DNA from: Deltaproteobacteria bacterium
Lineage (GTDB): Bacteria; Myxococcota_A; Polyangia; JAAYKL01
Direction: 5' to 3'
NCBI GenBank assembly: GCA_030621515.1
Contig: JAUXHN010000001.1
Location: 1 to 62,370, forward strand
Length of the DNA stretch: 62,370 bases
Each line of letters begins with the position of its first letter. The first letter of the stretch is position 1. The translations under genes and the position numbers were made by a program. Below the pieces are notes generated by a model. The model ran no database searches and was not told the origin of the DNA. It was given only the letters and a program-made list of their open reading frames with translations. Positions 8,823 to 17,386 of the stretch are shown piece after piece.

Positions 8823-9046
8823 TGCGCGCTTTTCGCAAAAGAACGTTGGCCTGTCTGCTCTTTGCAGGCGCTATCCTTGCTGCTGCCTGCACAGCAACTT
8901 TGCCCGAAGGACAAATGGTATGCGAAGACGACTCCGAGTGTCCAACAGGCTGGGTCTGCAATATAGAAGGGGACGGCCTGTGCTACTCTGACAACAGCCT
9001 CTTTCCAGTCGCTGATTCTGGGTCGGACGCATCAGATGATGAATAG
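8822..9046 (+). CDS. Small Cys-containing lipoprotein, hypothetical
   Basis: ATG 8822 overlaps the upstream stop (TGATG). MRAFRKRTLACLLFAGAILAAAC lipobox, then 'CEDDSECPTGWVCNIEGDGLCYS' and an acidic tail. Confidence 0.45.
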   Translation: MRAFRKRTLACLLFAGAILAAACTATLPEGQMVCEDDSECPTGWVCNIEGDGLCYSDNSLFPVADSGSDASDDE

Positions 9047-9120
9047 CACCCGTCAGCTACTTCCAGGTTGCAGAAAACTGCGAGATGTAACGATTTGGAT
9101 TAGGGTTCGCGAAAGAATAG

Positions 9121-9163
9121 GTTTCCGGATTTGCGGCGTCGAGGCGCCCGTCCGGTAAGGCAC
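9121..9163 (+). repeat. 43-nt intergenic element, copy B
   Basis: gtttccggatttgcggcgtcgaggcgcccgtccggtaaggcac matches copy A at 37 of 43 positions. Ends 52 nt upstream of ATG 9215. The listed ORF start at 9131 falls inside it and is probably not coding. Confidence 0.6.
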
Positions 9164-9214
9164 AGCGACAGCGTTTTCATCCGTTTTTTTTTTACAGCAT
9201 TGAGCTTGCGTCAC

Positions 9215-10891
9215 ATGGATACCGACATAACTGACGACAGATTCCTGACAGCGAAGATGCTGATCATCACCGCGTTGTTTTTAGGCTGCGGATCCCATCA
9301 CCAATCAATTAATGAGCCCTCGACAAAAAAGGTAGCCGACCTCCCGGATAGAGAGAAACTGGCGCAGCGAATGGTGTCCATCGGCGAACGCCTTCGCGAG
9401 GAGGGGTTCATTTCCATTCCCTGGTCATACGAAGGCAGCATTTCGAAGGACCGATCGGTGAGGTTCCGATGGAGACCGGGAATCGAGGCGCGTCTGGTGG
9501 TGGTCGTAATCGGCAACTCCCGTTCACTGAATCTGGACATGACCGTGCACAATCTCAAGGGAAAGACCGAGACCGAGGACACGTCCGGAGATCATCGCGC
9601 AGCCGTAGAAATAACCAGTTCCGCCCGGGGTATCTATTCTCTGCGGGTGGACACCAGGTCTGGCCGAGGGAAATTCAGGATGGGTGTCTTCGTCGCCTCG
9701 CCCTCTGAGAAGTCCGCACCCCTCGCCGGCATCTTCGACGCCGATCCGGTTCAGGTACGTTCATGGGCGGAGGTGGACCTGCTCGCAAGCGGGAGAGGCT
9801 ACGAGGTCCTCGAAGAACCGCTCACGTTCTTTGCCGCGCGTCATGAGCGATCTTCCTTCGAAATCAATCTCGTAGAAGGAAGATGCTATCTTGTCGCAGC
9901 GGTCGGCGCCGGCGGGATCGACACTCTCGCCATGCGCCTCCTTATCGATGGTATTGTGGAGGCCTCGGACCTTTCCGAAAGGTCACAAGCCTGGGTGGGC
10001 TACTGCGCGGAGCGCGACGCCCGGGCATCTCTTGCCCTGGAGGTAATCGCCGGTTCCGGGCAGTTGAAGATGGGCTCATTCCATTCGCGCCGGGAAGACG
10101 TCATACCCTCTGTCGGCCCTCCCCTGGAACCCGCCGATCCTCCCACTTCCCTTCACGCCGCCGTGAGACGAAACGAGGAGATCCTCAGGGAAAGCGGCTA
10201 CGATCTCGGAGAGTTGCTCCACCGGGGAAGAATCGCAGCCGGTGACAGGCTGGCCTTCACCTTCGATACGCAATCAAAGGGTTGCTTCGTAGTATCGGCT
10301 ATCGCGCCCGAAGAAATCCGGGATATCTCTCTCAAGATCAGACCTGCGGATGGAGCGTTCGTCCAGGCGCGAAGATCGTCCCGGTTCACGAGCAGGACCC
10401 CCATGTGCTGCAACGGCGCCGAATCCTACGACGTGGAACTGGTCGCCCTGAGCGGTGAAGGCGAGGTGGAGGTATGGATGAACCGACTACCCATCGTCGA
10501 GTTGCCCGTCAAGGCGGGAGAACCGCCCTTCCCTCTCATGGAAGCCGCCGCCAGGTTTGCCGGAGTGTCCCTGCATCCCCGTGAGGAGCTTTCGATGGAA
10601 CCCCAGGGCGACCGAACTCGGTGGAAGGCCGTCACGCACCTCGAGAAGGGGCGGTGCATGGGTGTTGCGGCTGCCACGCATACGGAGCGGATCACCCTGC
10701 TGCAACTCAAAGAGAACGGCGCGAGCGGAGAATCCCGGCAATGGAAAGGCCCGTCGATACTTGCAACCCTCGCGTTCTGCCCGGAACGTTCGGGCGATTA
10801 CACTATCTCTTTAACCACCGAAAACAACGTCCCCCACCCCGGCCCGACAGTCGTCATCTTCGCCGCGCCTGATTTGAAGGATTCGGATTAG
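9215..10891 (+). CDS. Lipoprotein with four tandem divergent ~120-aa modules, hypothetical
   Basis: An internal ATG gives MDTDITDDRFLTAKMLIITALFLGCGS (lipobox; alternative start 9257). Recurrent module motifs 'EGRCYLVAAVG', 'SKGCFVVSAIA', 'EKGRCMGVAAA', with module ends 'GRGKFRMGVFV', 'GSGQLKMGSF', 'GEGEVEVWM'. Confidence 0.55.
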   Translation: MDTDITDDRFLTAKMLIITALFLGCGSHHQSINEPSTKKVADLPDREKLAQRMVSIGERLREEGFISIPWSYEGSISKDRSVRFRWRPGIEARLVVVVIGNSRSLNLDMTVHNLKGKTETEDTSGDHRAAVEITSSARGIYSLRVDTRSGRGKFRMGVFVASPSEKSAPLAGIFDADPVQVRSWAEVDLLASGRGYEVLEEPLTFFAARHERSSFEINLVEGRCYLVAAVGAGGIDTLAMRLLIDGIVEASDLSERSQAWVGYCAERDARASLALEVIAGSGQLKMGSFHSRREDVIPSVGPPLEPADPPTSLHAAVRRNEEILRESGYDLGELLHRGRIAAGDRLAFTFDTQSKGCFVVSAIAPEEIRDISLKIRPADGAFVQARRSSRFTSRTPMCCNGAESYDVELVALSGEGEVEVWMNRLPIVELPVKAGEPPFPLMEAAARFAGVSLHPREELSMEPQGDRTRWKAVTHLEKGRCMGVAAATHTERITLLQLKENGASGESRQWKGPSILATLAFCPERSGDYTISLTTENNVPHPGPTVVIFAAPDLKDSD

Positions 10892-10895
10892 AAGC

Positions 10896-10916
10896 CCCGC
10901 GCATGAATTGCGCGGG
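10896..10916 (+). terminator. GC-rich hairpin just after the lipoprotein stop
   Basis: cccgcgca-tgaat-tgcgcggg: 8-bp stem starting 5 nt after stop TAG 10889-10891. No U-tract. Confidence 0.35.
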
Positions 10917-10949
10917 CTGGAGAAAGCGGAGCTTGGCTGCTCAATGCGT

Positions 10950-10970
10950 CCCGCGCAGGATCTGCGCGGG
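10950..10970. repeat. Palindromic element related to 10896-10916
   Basis: cccgcgcag-gat-ctgcgcggg: perfect 9-bp stem sharing the cccgcgca/tgcgcggg core with the hairpin 54 nt upstream. Confidence 0.4.
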
Positions 10971-11205
10971 TATTCAGCGCGAAGACTTGATCGTCATCCA
11001 AGGTCGAAGGTCGAAAATCTCGCCGTAGCCCGGAAGGGCGAAGCCCTTTCCGACACGAAGTGGCGCATTTCTGGCCGCGGGATTTATTTCCGCGGTGCTG
11101 GCGCAGGATCTTTAGAGGACGTTTTGACGTCTGTCCTGCGTCGGCGGGCGGGCACGGGGACCCGCCCCCCTACGATCAAAAACGACCGCCATAACCGGGA
11201 TGGGG

Positions 11206-11868
11206 TTAAAGCCGGTCATCGATGAGGTCGATGATCTCCAGGAGGGTGTACATCTCTCCGTCCAGCAGGTATGTGGGCGTCTGCCTGATCCCCTTTTTTC
11301 TCGTGTCCTTGAAAACGCCCTGCACCATGTCGACCGTTTCGCTTTCGTACAGGCAAGCATCGAACGAGTTTGCGTTGAAACCCATCTCGCGGGCAGTATC
11401 CTCGATGAAGGTCTTTCTTTTTGGCCCGGCAAAGGGTCTCGGATTTTGCATCACTCGATCATTCCATTCCCAGAACCGCCCCTCTTTCAAAGCGCAGAAC
11501 GCCGCCCTCGCCATGGCGCAACTGCTACGGCGCCTTTCCTTGTCGTTGGGCACACACGGCATTCTCGCGTAGTCGTGACGAACGAGCCGAACCTCGTCGA
11601 GATAGGATCTCATGGCTATTCTCAGGCGCCTGTGCGCTTGTGGACAATGGGGGCATTCATAATCGGTATACTCGTGGATCGTAATCACCGGTTTTTCCGC
11701 CCCGATCCAGGGATACCCTTGCTCCTCCAGGCCGCGATGCGCCTCGTCGTATCCGTACAACCATGCCCGGGATCCCCAGCACTTCTGGTGAGAAATCCAT
11801 GCGGCCGATGCGATCAAGACCAGGATCACAACGATAATCGCTACCCTTTTCGGAGTGATCTTTCGCAT
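11206..11868 (-). CDS. DsbA-family thiol:disulfide oxidoreductase (membrane-anchored)
   Basis: Thioredoxin-fold active site 'YECPHCPQAH'. N-terminal anchor MRKITPKRVAIIVVILVLIASAAW. A GTG at 11889 would overlap the upstream stop (GTGA); ATG 11868 is preferred. Confidence 0.75.
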   Translation of the reverse strand: MRKITPKRVAIIVVILVLIASAAWISHQKCWGSRAWLYGYDEAHRGLEEQGYPWIGAEKPVITIHEYTDYECPHCPQAHRRLRIAMRSYLDEVRLVRHDYARMPCVPNDKERRRSSCAMARAAFCALKEGRFWEWNDRVMQNPRPFAGPKRKTFIEDTAREMGFNANSFDACLYESETVDMVQGVFKDTRKKGIRQTPTYLLDGEMYTLLEIIDLIDDRL

Positions 11869-11885
11869 TTTCACAGCTCTTATCC

Positions 11886-13406
11886 TCACTCATCCACGCT
11901 CTGAAGACCCAGGCCCAGAACTATCTCCATTCCGTCCCAGACGCGGTAGAGCCCACCGGCCCTGTTCTCGACGAATGAATCGATCACATCATCCCCATCC
12001 TCGTCGATCGCCGTGCAGGGTATCAGGACGTCAATCATCGACCAGGCCTCCTCGAGCGCCGGTTGCACACAGGGCAACGACCCCGCCGTGATCTCGTAGT
12101 CGCCACTGGTCCCCTTGATCCGCAGCATCCCCAACCTCGCCTTCAACCCGGTCAGGGGCAGGTGCTCCCTGGCTTCCACGTATCCCCATGTGCCCAGATC
12201 CTCCATGGACAGCCGCCCCGCCGGTCGCGGTCGCGTGTCGAGCTGGTACTCGTCCGTGAGCTCGCCCGGGCCGATCATCTGCGCCACATCCACCCCCTCC
12301 ACGAGAAGCGACAGCTTTCCGTAATCGTCGAGTATTGCCGCAAGTATGCTCTCCAGACGAGAGGCACGGGAAATGATGACCCCCCTGTCCAGCTCGGTGG
12401 CGAGCGGAGACATCTCGATGCCCGACCGCACGCCGGCCGGTTCGCAGCGAAGGTTTGCCCAGCCGAGCAACCGCGTCATCTCCTGGCAATCCAGGACGGC
12501 CTGCCGCGCATTGATGCTCGAGTCACACCCCCGTGGGCGGAAATGCCCCCGACAACGACTCGCGCCAGCGCACTTCCCCTGCGCGCAATCGCCCATGCAT
12601 ATCCCGTCGCAGGCACCCTCCTCGCTTACCGGAACCCGGCACAAACCCTCGCATTCACCTTCGCAGTCGAAAGGGGTCCGGGAGTCGCAAACTCCGACGC
12701 ACAGGCCCTCGCACTCACCATTGCAACGGCCGAGTGAGGTATATCCGGCGCAAGTCGTGTCACACTGGCCGAAGCAACGGCCCGGGCACTCGACACCGCC
12801 GTCGTGCTCGCAAGACCCGATACAACCCACAAGGCATTCGTCCCCCGCAAGGGCCGCTTCCCGGTAACAGACGCCCGTACACAAATTGACATTCGATCCG
12901 CTCACCCGCGCGATGCATTCTCCCTCGCAAAGACCTGTGCAGGAACCCTGCTGCCCGGTGCTGCAATCCGGGGGCACATAGAGATCGCTTCCCTCCTCGC
13001 ATACTACCTGGCGTTCGAGGGCGACCGAGGAATCGATCCAGCAACGCGGCCTCTCCATGGACACATGGATCTCGACTCCCGAAATCCCGAAGAGGCCCTG
13101 ATTGATCGCCGCCACCACATCCGCAACCGCCCCGGCGGAGAAACGCCCGTCCTCCGGAATCTCCACCCCGTACTGCTCGGCAAGCAAGGCCATATTGCTA
13201 TCAAAGGACTCGGCCGCGAGGCTGCCCCACTTGTCCAGCAGGTAGACCGCCTCCAGCGTCCCGTCCAGCCGCGGATCGCCCGTAATCGAAACGTCACCCT
13301 CGGACAGGAGCCCACAGGGGGCGCAGACTTCCAGCGTCTCCTCGCAGGAAACAGCCGCGAACAAGAGGAGCGCGAATACGGAAACGATTATCGCAGAGTA
13401 TTTCAC
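11886..13406 (-). CDS. Secreted cysteine-rich repeat protein (CxGxC ladder), hypothetical
   Basis: Signal peptide MKYSAIIVSVFALLLFAAVSC. Central ~150 aa hold >35 Cys with period-4 spacing: 'CTGLCEGEC', 'CLVGCIGSC', 'CPGRCFGQCDTTC', 'CNGECEGLCVGVC', 'CEGECEGLC', 'CDGICMGDCAQGKC'. Confidence 0.6.
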   Translation of the reverse strand: MKYSAIIVSVFALLLFAAVSCEETLEVCAPCGLLSEGDVSITGDPRLDGTLEAVYLLDKWGSLAAESFDSNMALLAEQYGVEIPEDGRFSAGAVADVVAAINQGLFGISGVEIHVSMERPRCWIDSSVALERQVVCEEGSDLYVPPDCSTGQQGSCTGLCEGECIARVSGSNVNLCTGVCYREAALAGDECLVGCIGSCEHDGGVECPGRCFGQCDTTCAGYTSLGRCNGECEGLCVGVCDSRTPFDCEGECEGLCRVPVSEEGACDGICMGDCAQGKCAGASRCRGHFRPRGCDSSINARQAVLDCQEMTRLLGWANLRCEPAGVRSGIEMSPLATELDRGVIISRASRLESILAAILDDYGKLSLLVEGVDVAQMIGPGELTDEYQLDTRPRPAGRLSMEDLGTWGYVEAREHLPLTGLKARLGMLRIKGTSGDYEITAGSLPCVQPALEEAWSMIDVLIPCTAIDEDGDDVIDSFVENRAGGLYRVWDGMEIVLGLGLQSVDE

Positions 13407-13581
13407 GGCGTGGATTATACACTACAAATATCCCGTCATCCAAAGATCCTGCGTAGGGCCCCCGGAGCAGGACAAATGAACCCGCTTGACGCCTCTTATC
13501 AGCGGACGTAAGAAGGGTTTGTCTATCCTGGAATTCGCCCAAAAAGGGGGCGGATCCGCCACGTCAAGAAGGAGTCGTATA

Positions 13582-14586
13582 ATGGCAAAGAAAATCGCAA
13601 TCAACGGGTACGGTCGTATTGGTCGTTGCGTGCACAGGATCCTGGCCGCGGGAGGCAACCCCGATATCGAGCTTGCCGCCATCAACGACATCACCAGCCC
13701 CAAGATGCTGGCGCACATGTTCAAGTACGATTCCGTCCACCGCATCTTCCCCGGCAAGGTCTCGCTGGGAGAAAAGGGTATCGTTGTGGACGGCGTGGAG
13801 ATCCCTGTTTTCGCCCAGCGCGATCCCGCCGCCCTTCCCTGGAAGGAGCTCGGAGTGGAGCTGGTCCTGGAGTGCACGGGCCTTTTTCGTGACAAGGCCA
13901 CTGCGGGCAAGCACATCGAGGCCGGCGCCCGCAAGGTGATAATCAGCGCTCCCGGCAAGGATCTCGACGGGACCTACGTCATGGGGATCAACGATGAAGA
14001 ATACAAGAAGAACCAACCCGACGTGGTTTCCAACGCATCCTGCACAACCAACTGTCTCGCTCCGGTGGTGAAGGTCATCAACGACAAGTTCGGCATCGTC
14101 GACGCACAGATGACCACCATCCACGCTTACACCAACGATCAAGTGATCCTGGACCAACCACACAAGGACATGCGCCGTGCTCGCGCCGCAGCTGTCTCCA
14201 TGATCCCCACCACCACCGGCGCCGCACGTGCGGTCGGACTGGTGCTGCCGGAGATGAAAGGCAAGATCGACGGGCTCGCAATCCGAGTGCCAACGTCCAA
14301 CGTCTCAATTGTCGAGATGACCGCCAATGTCTCGAAGGAAACCACCGCAGAAGAGATCAACGCCGCTCTGAAGGCGGCGTCGCAAGGCGATCTGAAAGGT
14401 ATTCTCGCGTGCTCGGACGAGGATCTCGTCTCCATCGACTTCCTGGGCAACCCCCACTCCTCCATCGTCGACACCCAGCTGACCCATGTGATCAACGGCA
14501 AGAGCATCAAGGTCTTTTCCTGGTACGACAACGAGTGGGGATACTCTCACCGCATGATCGACATGGCCGTGATGATGCTGAGGTAG
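13582..14586 (+). CDS. gap: Glyceraldehyde-3-phosphate dehydrogenase
   Basis: AAGGAG at 13568-13573, then MAKKIAINGYGRIGR (NAD-binding). Active site 'SNASCTTNCLAP'. 'WYDNEWGYS'. Confidence 0.95.
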   Translation: MAKKIAINGYGRIGRCVHRILAAGGNPDIELAAINDITSPKMLAHMFKYDSVHRIFPGKVSLGEKGIVVDGVEIPVFAQRDPAALPWKELGVELVLECTGLFRDKATAGKHIEAGARKVIISAPGKDLDGTYVMGINDEEYKKNQPDVVSNASCTTNCLAPVVKVINDKFGIVDAQMTTIHAYTNDQVILDQPHKDMRRARAAAVSMIPTTTGAARAVGLVLPEMKGKIDGLAIRVPTSNVSIVEMTANVSKETTAEEINAALKAASQGDLKGILACSDEDLVSIDFLGNPHSSIVDTQLTHVINGKSIKVFSWYDNEWGYSHRMIDMAVMMLR

Positions 14587-14588
14587 AC

Positions 14589-15785
14589 ATGGACTTATCC
14601 AGAATCTCCAGCCTCGACGATCTGAACATCGAGGGACGGAAAGTCCTGGTCAGGGTGGATTTCAACGTGCCTTTCGACGACCGTGTGATCAGCGACGACA
14701 CCAGGATCCGGGCGGCGATGCCGACCATCGACTATCTCCTCGATGCCGGAGCGAGAGTGATCCTCATGAGCCACCTCGGGCGTCCAAAGGGCAAGCCCGA
14801 TCCCGATCTGAGCCTCGAGCCGGTCGCAATGCGCCTGGCCGAAATCCTCGATGTGGGCGAAGTCACCCTGACGGATTCCTGCGTCGGGGACGGCGCGAGG
14901 CAAGTGGTTCGTGATATGCGCGACGGACAGGTGGTCCTGCTCGAAAACCTCAGGTTCCACATCGGCGAGACCGCTAACGACCCTCACCTGGCCAAGGAAC
15001 TCGCCGCCCTCGGAGACATTTACGTCAACGACGCTTTCGGAACCGCACACCGCGCTCATGCCTCCACCGTGGGCGTCCCGTCCATCGTCAGGGACAAGGC
15101 AGCGGGCTTCCTGATGCAAAAGGAGATCCAGTCCTTGAGCGCCTTGCTCGGAGATGTCGCAAAGCCGTACATCGCCGTTCTGGGAGGCGCGAAAGTATCG
15201 GGCAAGATCGGGATAATCGAGAATCTTCTCGAACGCGTGAACATCCTCATCATCGGTGGAGCGATGGCCAACACCTTCATCGCCGCCACCGGCGGGGCTG
15301 TTGGAAAATCCCTGGTCGAGGAGTCCAAATTCCCACTGGCCCGCGATCTGCTCGCGAGGGCGCAAACCAGGGACGTGAAGATTATTCTCCCGACAGATGT
15401 AGTTGTGGCCGGCGATCCCGATTCCACGACAACGCAGGTTGTTCCGGCTTCGGAGGTCCCGGAGGATATGATAGCTTTCGACATCGGACCTCAGAGCAGC
15501 GCCGTCTTCAAGGAAATACTCGGACGGGCAGGCACCATCCTTTGGAACGGTCCAATGGGAATGTTCGAAAAAGAGCAGTTCTCCACGGGCACCACAACAA
15601 TTGCAAAGGCCATCGCCGGTGCGTCGGCACTGTCCGTGGTGGGCGGCGGCGATTCCGTTGCGGCGGTCAAACGCTCCGGGCTCGGGCGCGGGTTCGACCA
15701 TATCTCAACCGGAGGCGGGGCGTCCCTGGAGCTACTCGAAGGTAAAATTCTACCAGGCATTACAGCCCTGGTTTCGGAGGTTTGA
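14589..15785 (+). CDS. pgk: Phosphoglycerate kinase
   Basis: ATG 2 nt after the gap stop. 'GRKVLVRVDFNVP', 'ILMSHLGRPKG', 'NDAFGTAHRAHAS', 'WNGPMGMFE', 'STGGGASLE'. Confidence 0.95.
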   Translation: MDLSRISSLDDLNIEGRKVLVRVDFNVPFDDRVISDDTRIRAAMPTIDYLLDAGARVILMSHLGRPKGKPDPDLSLEPVAMRLAEILDVGEVTLTDSCVGDGARQVVRDMRDGQVVLLENLRFHIGETANDPHLAKELAALGDIYVNDAFGTAHRAHASTVGVPSIVRDKAAGFLMQKEIQSLSALLGDVAKPYIAVLGGAKVSGKIGIIENLLERVNILIIGGAMANTFIAATGGAVGKSLVEESKFPLARDLLARAQTRDVKIILPTDVVVAGDPDSTTTQVVPASEVPEDMIAFDIGPQSSAVFKEILGRAGTILWNGPMGMFEKEQFSTGTTTIAKAIAGASALSVVGGGDSVAAVKRSGLGRGFDHISTGGGASLELLEGKILPGITALVSEV

Positions 15786-15787
15786 GA

Positions 15788-16540
15788 ATGCGCAGGCCAT
15801 ATATCGCCGGTAACTGGAAAATGAATATGACCATCGGGCAGGCCGAGCAGCTGGCCAGAGCCCTGGCAGACGGCGTTCCCGCCGACACGGGGGTCGAGGT
15901 GGCGGTCATCCCACCCTTCCTGGCCATACCGGCGGTCGCCCGTGTCATCGAGGGAAGCCCTGTTCACCTCGGCGCGCAGGATGTCTATTTCGAAAAATCC
16001 GGCGCCTTCACCGGAGAGATCTCGGCCGGAATGCTCGCCGACGCGGGCTGTCGTTTCGCCCTGGTGGGGCACTCCGAGCGACGCCATGTCCTCATGGAAT
16101 CCGACGAGATCATTCGCAAGAAACTCGAAGCTCTCCTCGGACAGGGCCTGAACGTGATCCTTTGCGTGGGCGAACTGCTCGAGGAGAGGGAAGCAAACGA
16201 GACCGAGAAACGCCTGAATATCCAGATCCGGGCCGGTCTCGAAGGGCTTTCTTCCGATCAGATGAAGAATGTCACCATCGCCTATGAGCCGGTGTGGGCC
16301 ATCGGCACGGGAAAGGTCGCCACCACCGCTCAGGCTCAGGATGCTCACAAGTTCATCCGCAACCTGGTGGCCGAAATCTTCGATCGCGACGTGGCCGACG
16401 GGGTGCGCATCCAGTACGGGGGGAGCGTAAAACCCGACAACGCCGCCGAATTGATGGCGCAACCGGACGTCGACGGCGCCCTCGTGGGCGGCGCCGCTCT
16501 AAAAGTCGACTCGTTTCTCGGGATCATCGACGGCGCCTGA
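15788..16540 (+). CDS. tpiA: Triosephosphate isomerase
   Basis: 'RRPYIAGNWKMN', 'ALVGHSERR', 'VLCVGE', 'IAYEPVWAIGTG', 'IQYGGSV'. The ATG follows the pgk TGA. Confidence 0.95.
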   Translation: MRRPYIAGNWKMNMTIGQAEQLARALADGVPADTGVEVAVIPPFLAIPAVARVIEGSPVHLGAQDVYFEKSGAFTGEISAGMLADAGCRFALVGHSERRHVLMESDEIIRKKLEALLGQGLNVILCVGELLEEREANETEKRLNIQIRAGLEGLSSDQMKNVTIAYEPVWAIGTGKVATTAQAQDAHKFIRNLVAEIFDRDVADGVRIQYGGSVKPDNAAELMAQPDVDGALVGGAALKVDSFLGIIDGA

Positions 16541-16631
16541 CGAGCGCACGGAGGCATCTTCCGGTTTCTATGAACTTCGTTGACCCGGCGGTACAAATCT
16601 CCGCATAATGTGATCGGTTCGTGCGGATTCG

Positions 16632-16973
16632 ATGGAAGCCGGCATTAACGATGCAGGGGGTCTGACCGTGTCAAATCTTCAGATAACCATTCCGTCGACA
16701 AAAATTGCCGATTTCTGCGCGAGGTGGGGAGTGCAGGAACTCGCGGTTTTCGGATCGGTCCTGAGAAGCGATTTCAGTCCAGCCAGCGATATCGATCTCC
16801 TGATCGAACTGGATTCATCTCGAAAACTCGGAATGTACGATTGGGTAGAGATGATTGAAGAACTGAAAGAGATTTTTGGTCGCGAGGTAGACCTCGTTGA
16901 AAAGGGCGCCATCAGGAACCCCTTTAGACGAAGGGCGATAATGGAAAATCTCAAGGTGATTCATGCCGCTTGA
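16632..16973 (+). CDS. mntA: MntA-type nucleotidyltransferase antitoxin (type VII TA)
   Basis: Minimal nucleotidyltransferase motif 'VFGSVLRSDFSPASDIDLLIE' (GS...DxD). 113 aa. Overlaps the downstream HEPN gene by 11 nt. Confidence 0.8.
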   Translation: MEAGINDAGGLTVSNLQITIPSTKIADFCARWGVQELAVFGSVLRSDFSPASDIDLLIELDSSRKLGMYDWVEMIEELKEIFGREVDLVEKGAIRNPFRRRAIMENLKVIHAA

Positions 16974-17319
16974 GAAGGACGACACCGTCTATCTATGGGA
17001 TATGCTTGATGCGGCAAAGGCAATAACAGAGTTTGTCAGCGGCAAGGCGCATCGGGACTACGAAAAAGATAGGATGCTGCGCGGCGCGGTGGAGAGGCAC
17101 GTGGAGATAATCGGGGAAGCTGCAAAAAGAGTTTCGGAGGGGTTCAGAGATGTTCACTCGGAGATTCCCTGGCGTGGGATTGTCGGAATGCGTAACGTGC
17201 TGGCCCATGACTATGGAGAGATCAAGGACGACAAAATGTGGATCCTTGCCACCGAGTCTATCCCCGCGCTGGTAACGGTGCTTGAGCCTCTGGTTCCATC
17301 GAGCGTTTCGGAAGAATGA
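16963..17319 (+). CDS. hepT: HepT-type HEPN (DUF86) toxin
   Basis: 118 aa. Rx4H HEPN motif 'RNVLAHDYGEI'. Typical pairing with and overlap of the upstream MNT gene. Confidence 0.8.
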   Translation: MPLEKDDTVYLWDMLDAAKAITEFVSGKAHRDYEKDRMLRGAVERHVEIIGEAAKRVSEGFRDVHSEIPWRGIVGMRNVLAHDYGEIKDDKMWILATESIPALVTVLEPLVPSSVSEE

Positions 17320-17386
17320 AAACGAAACTGCCCCGAAAATTGTAACACCTCAAACGTACCCTCAAAAGACGCAGGGGTATCGGGGA

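Noticed and set aside
10908-11225. 105-aa ORF in the hairpin-rich intergenic region
   Set aside because: Arg/Gly-rich composition. It is made largely of palindromic GC hairpins and overlaps the dsbA 3' end.
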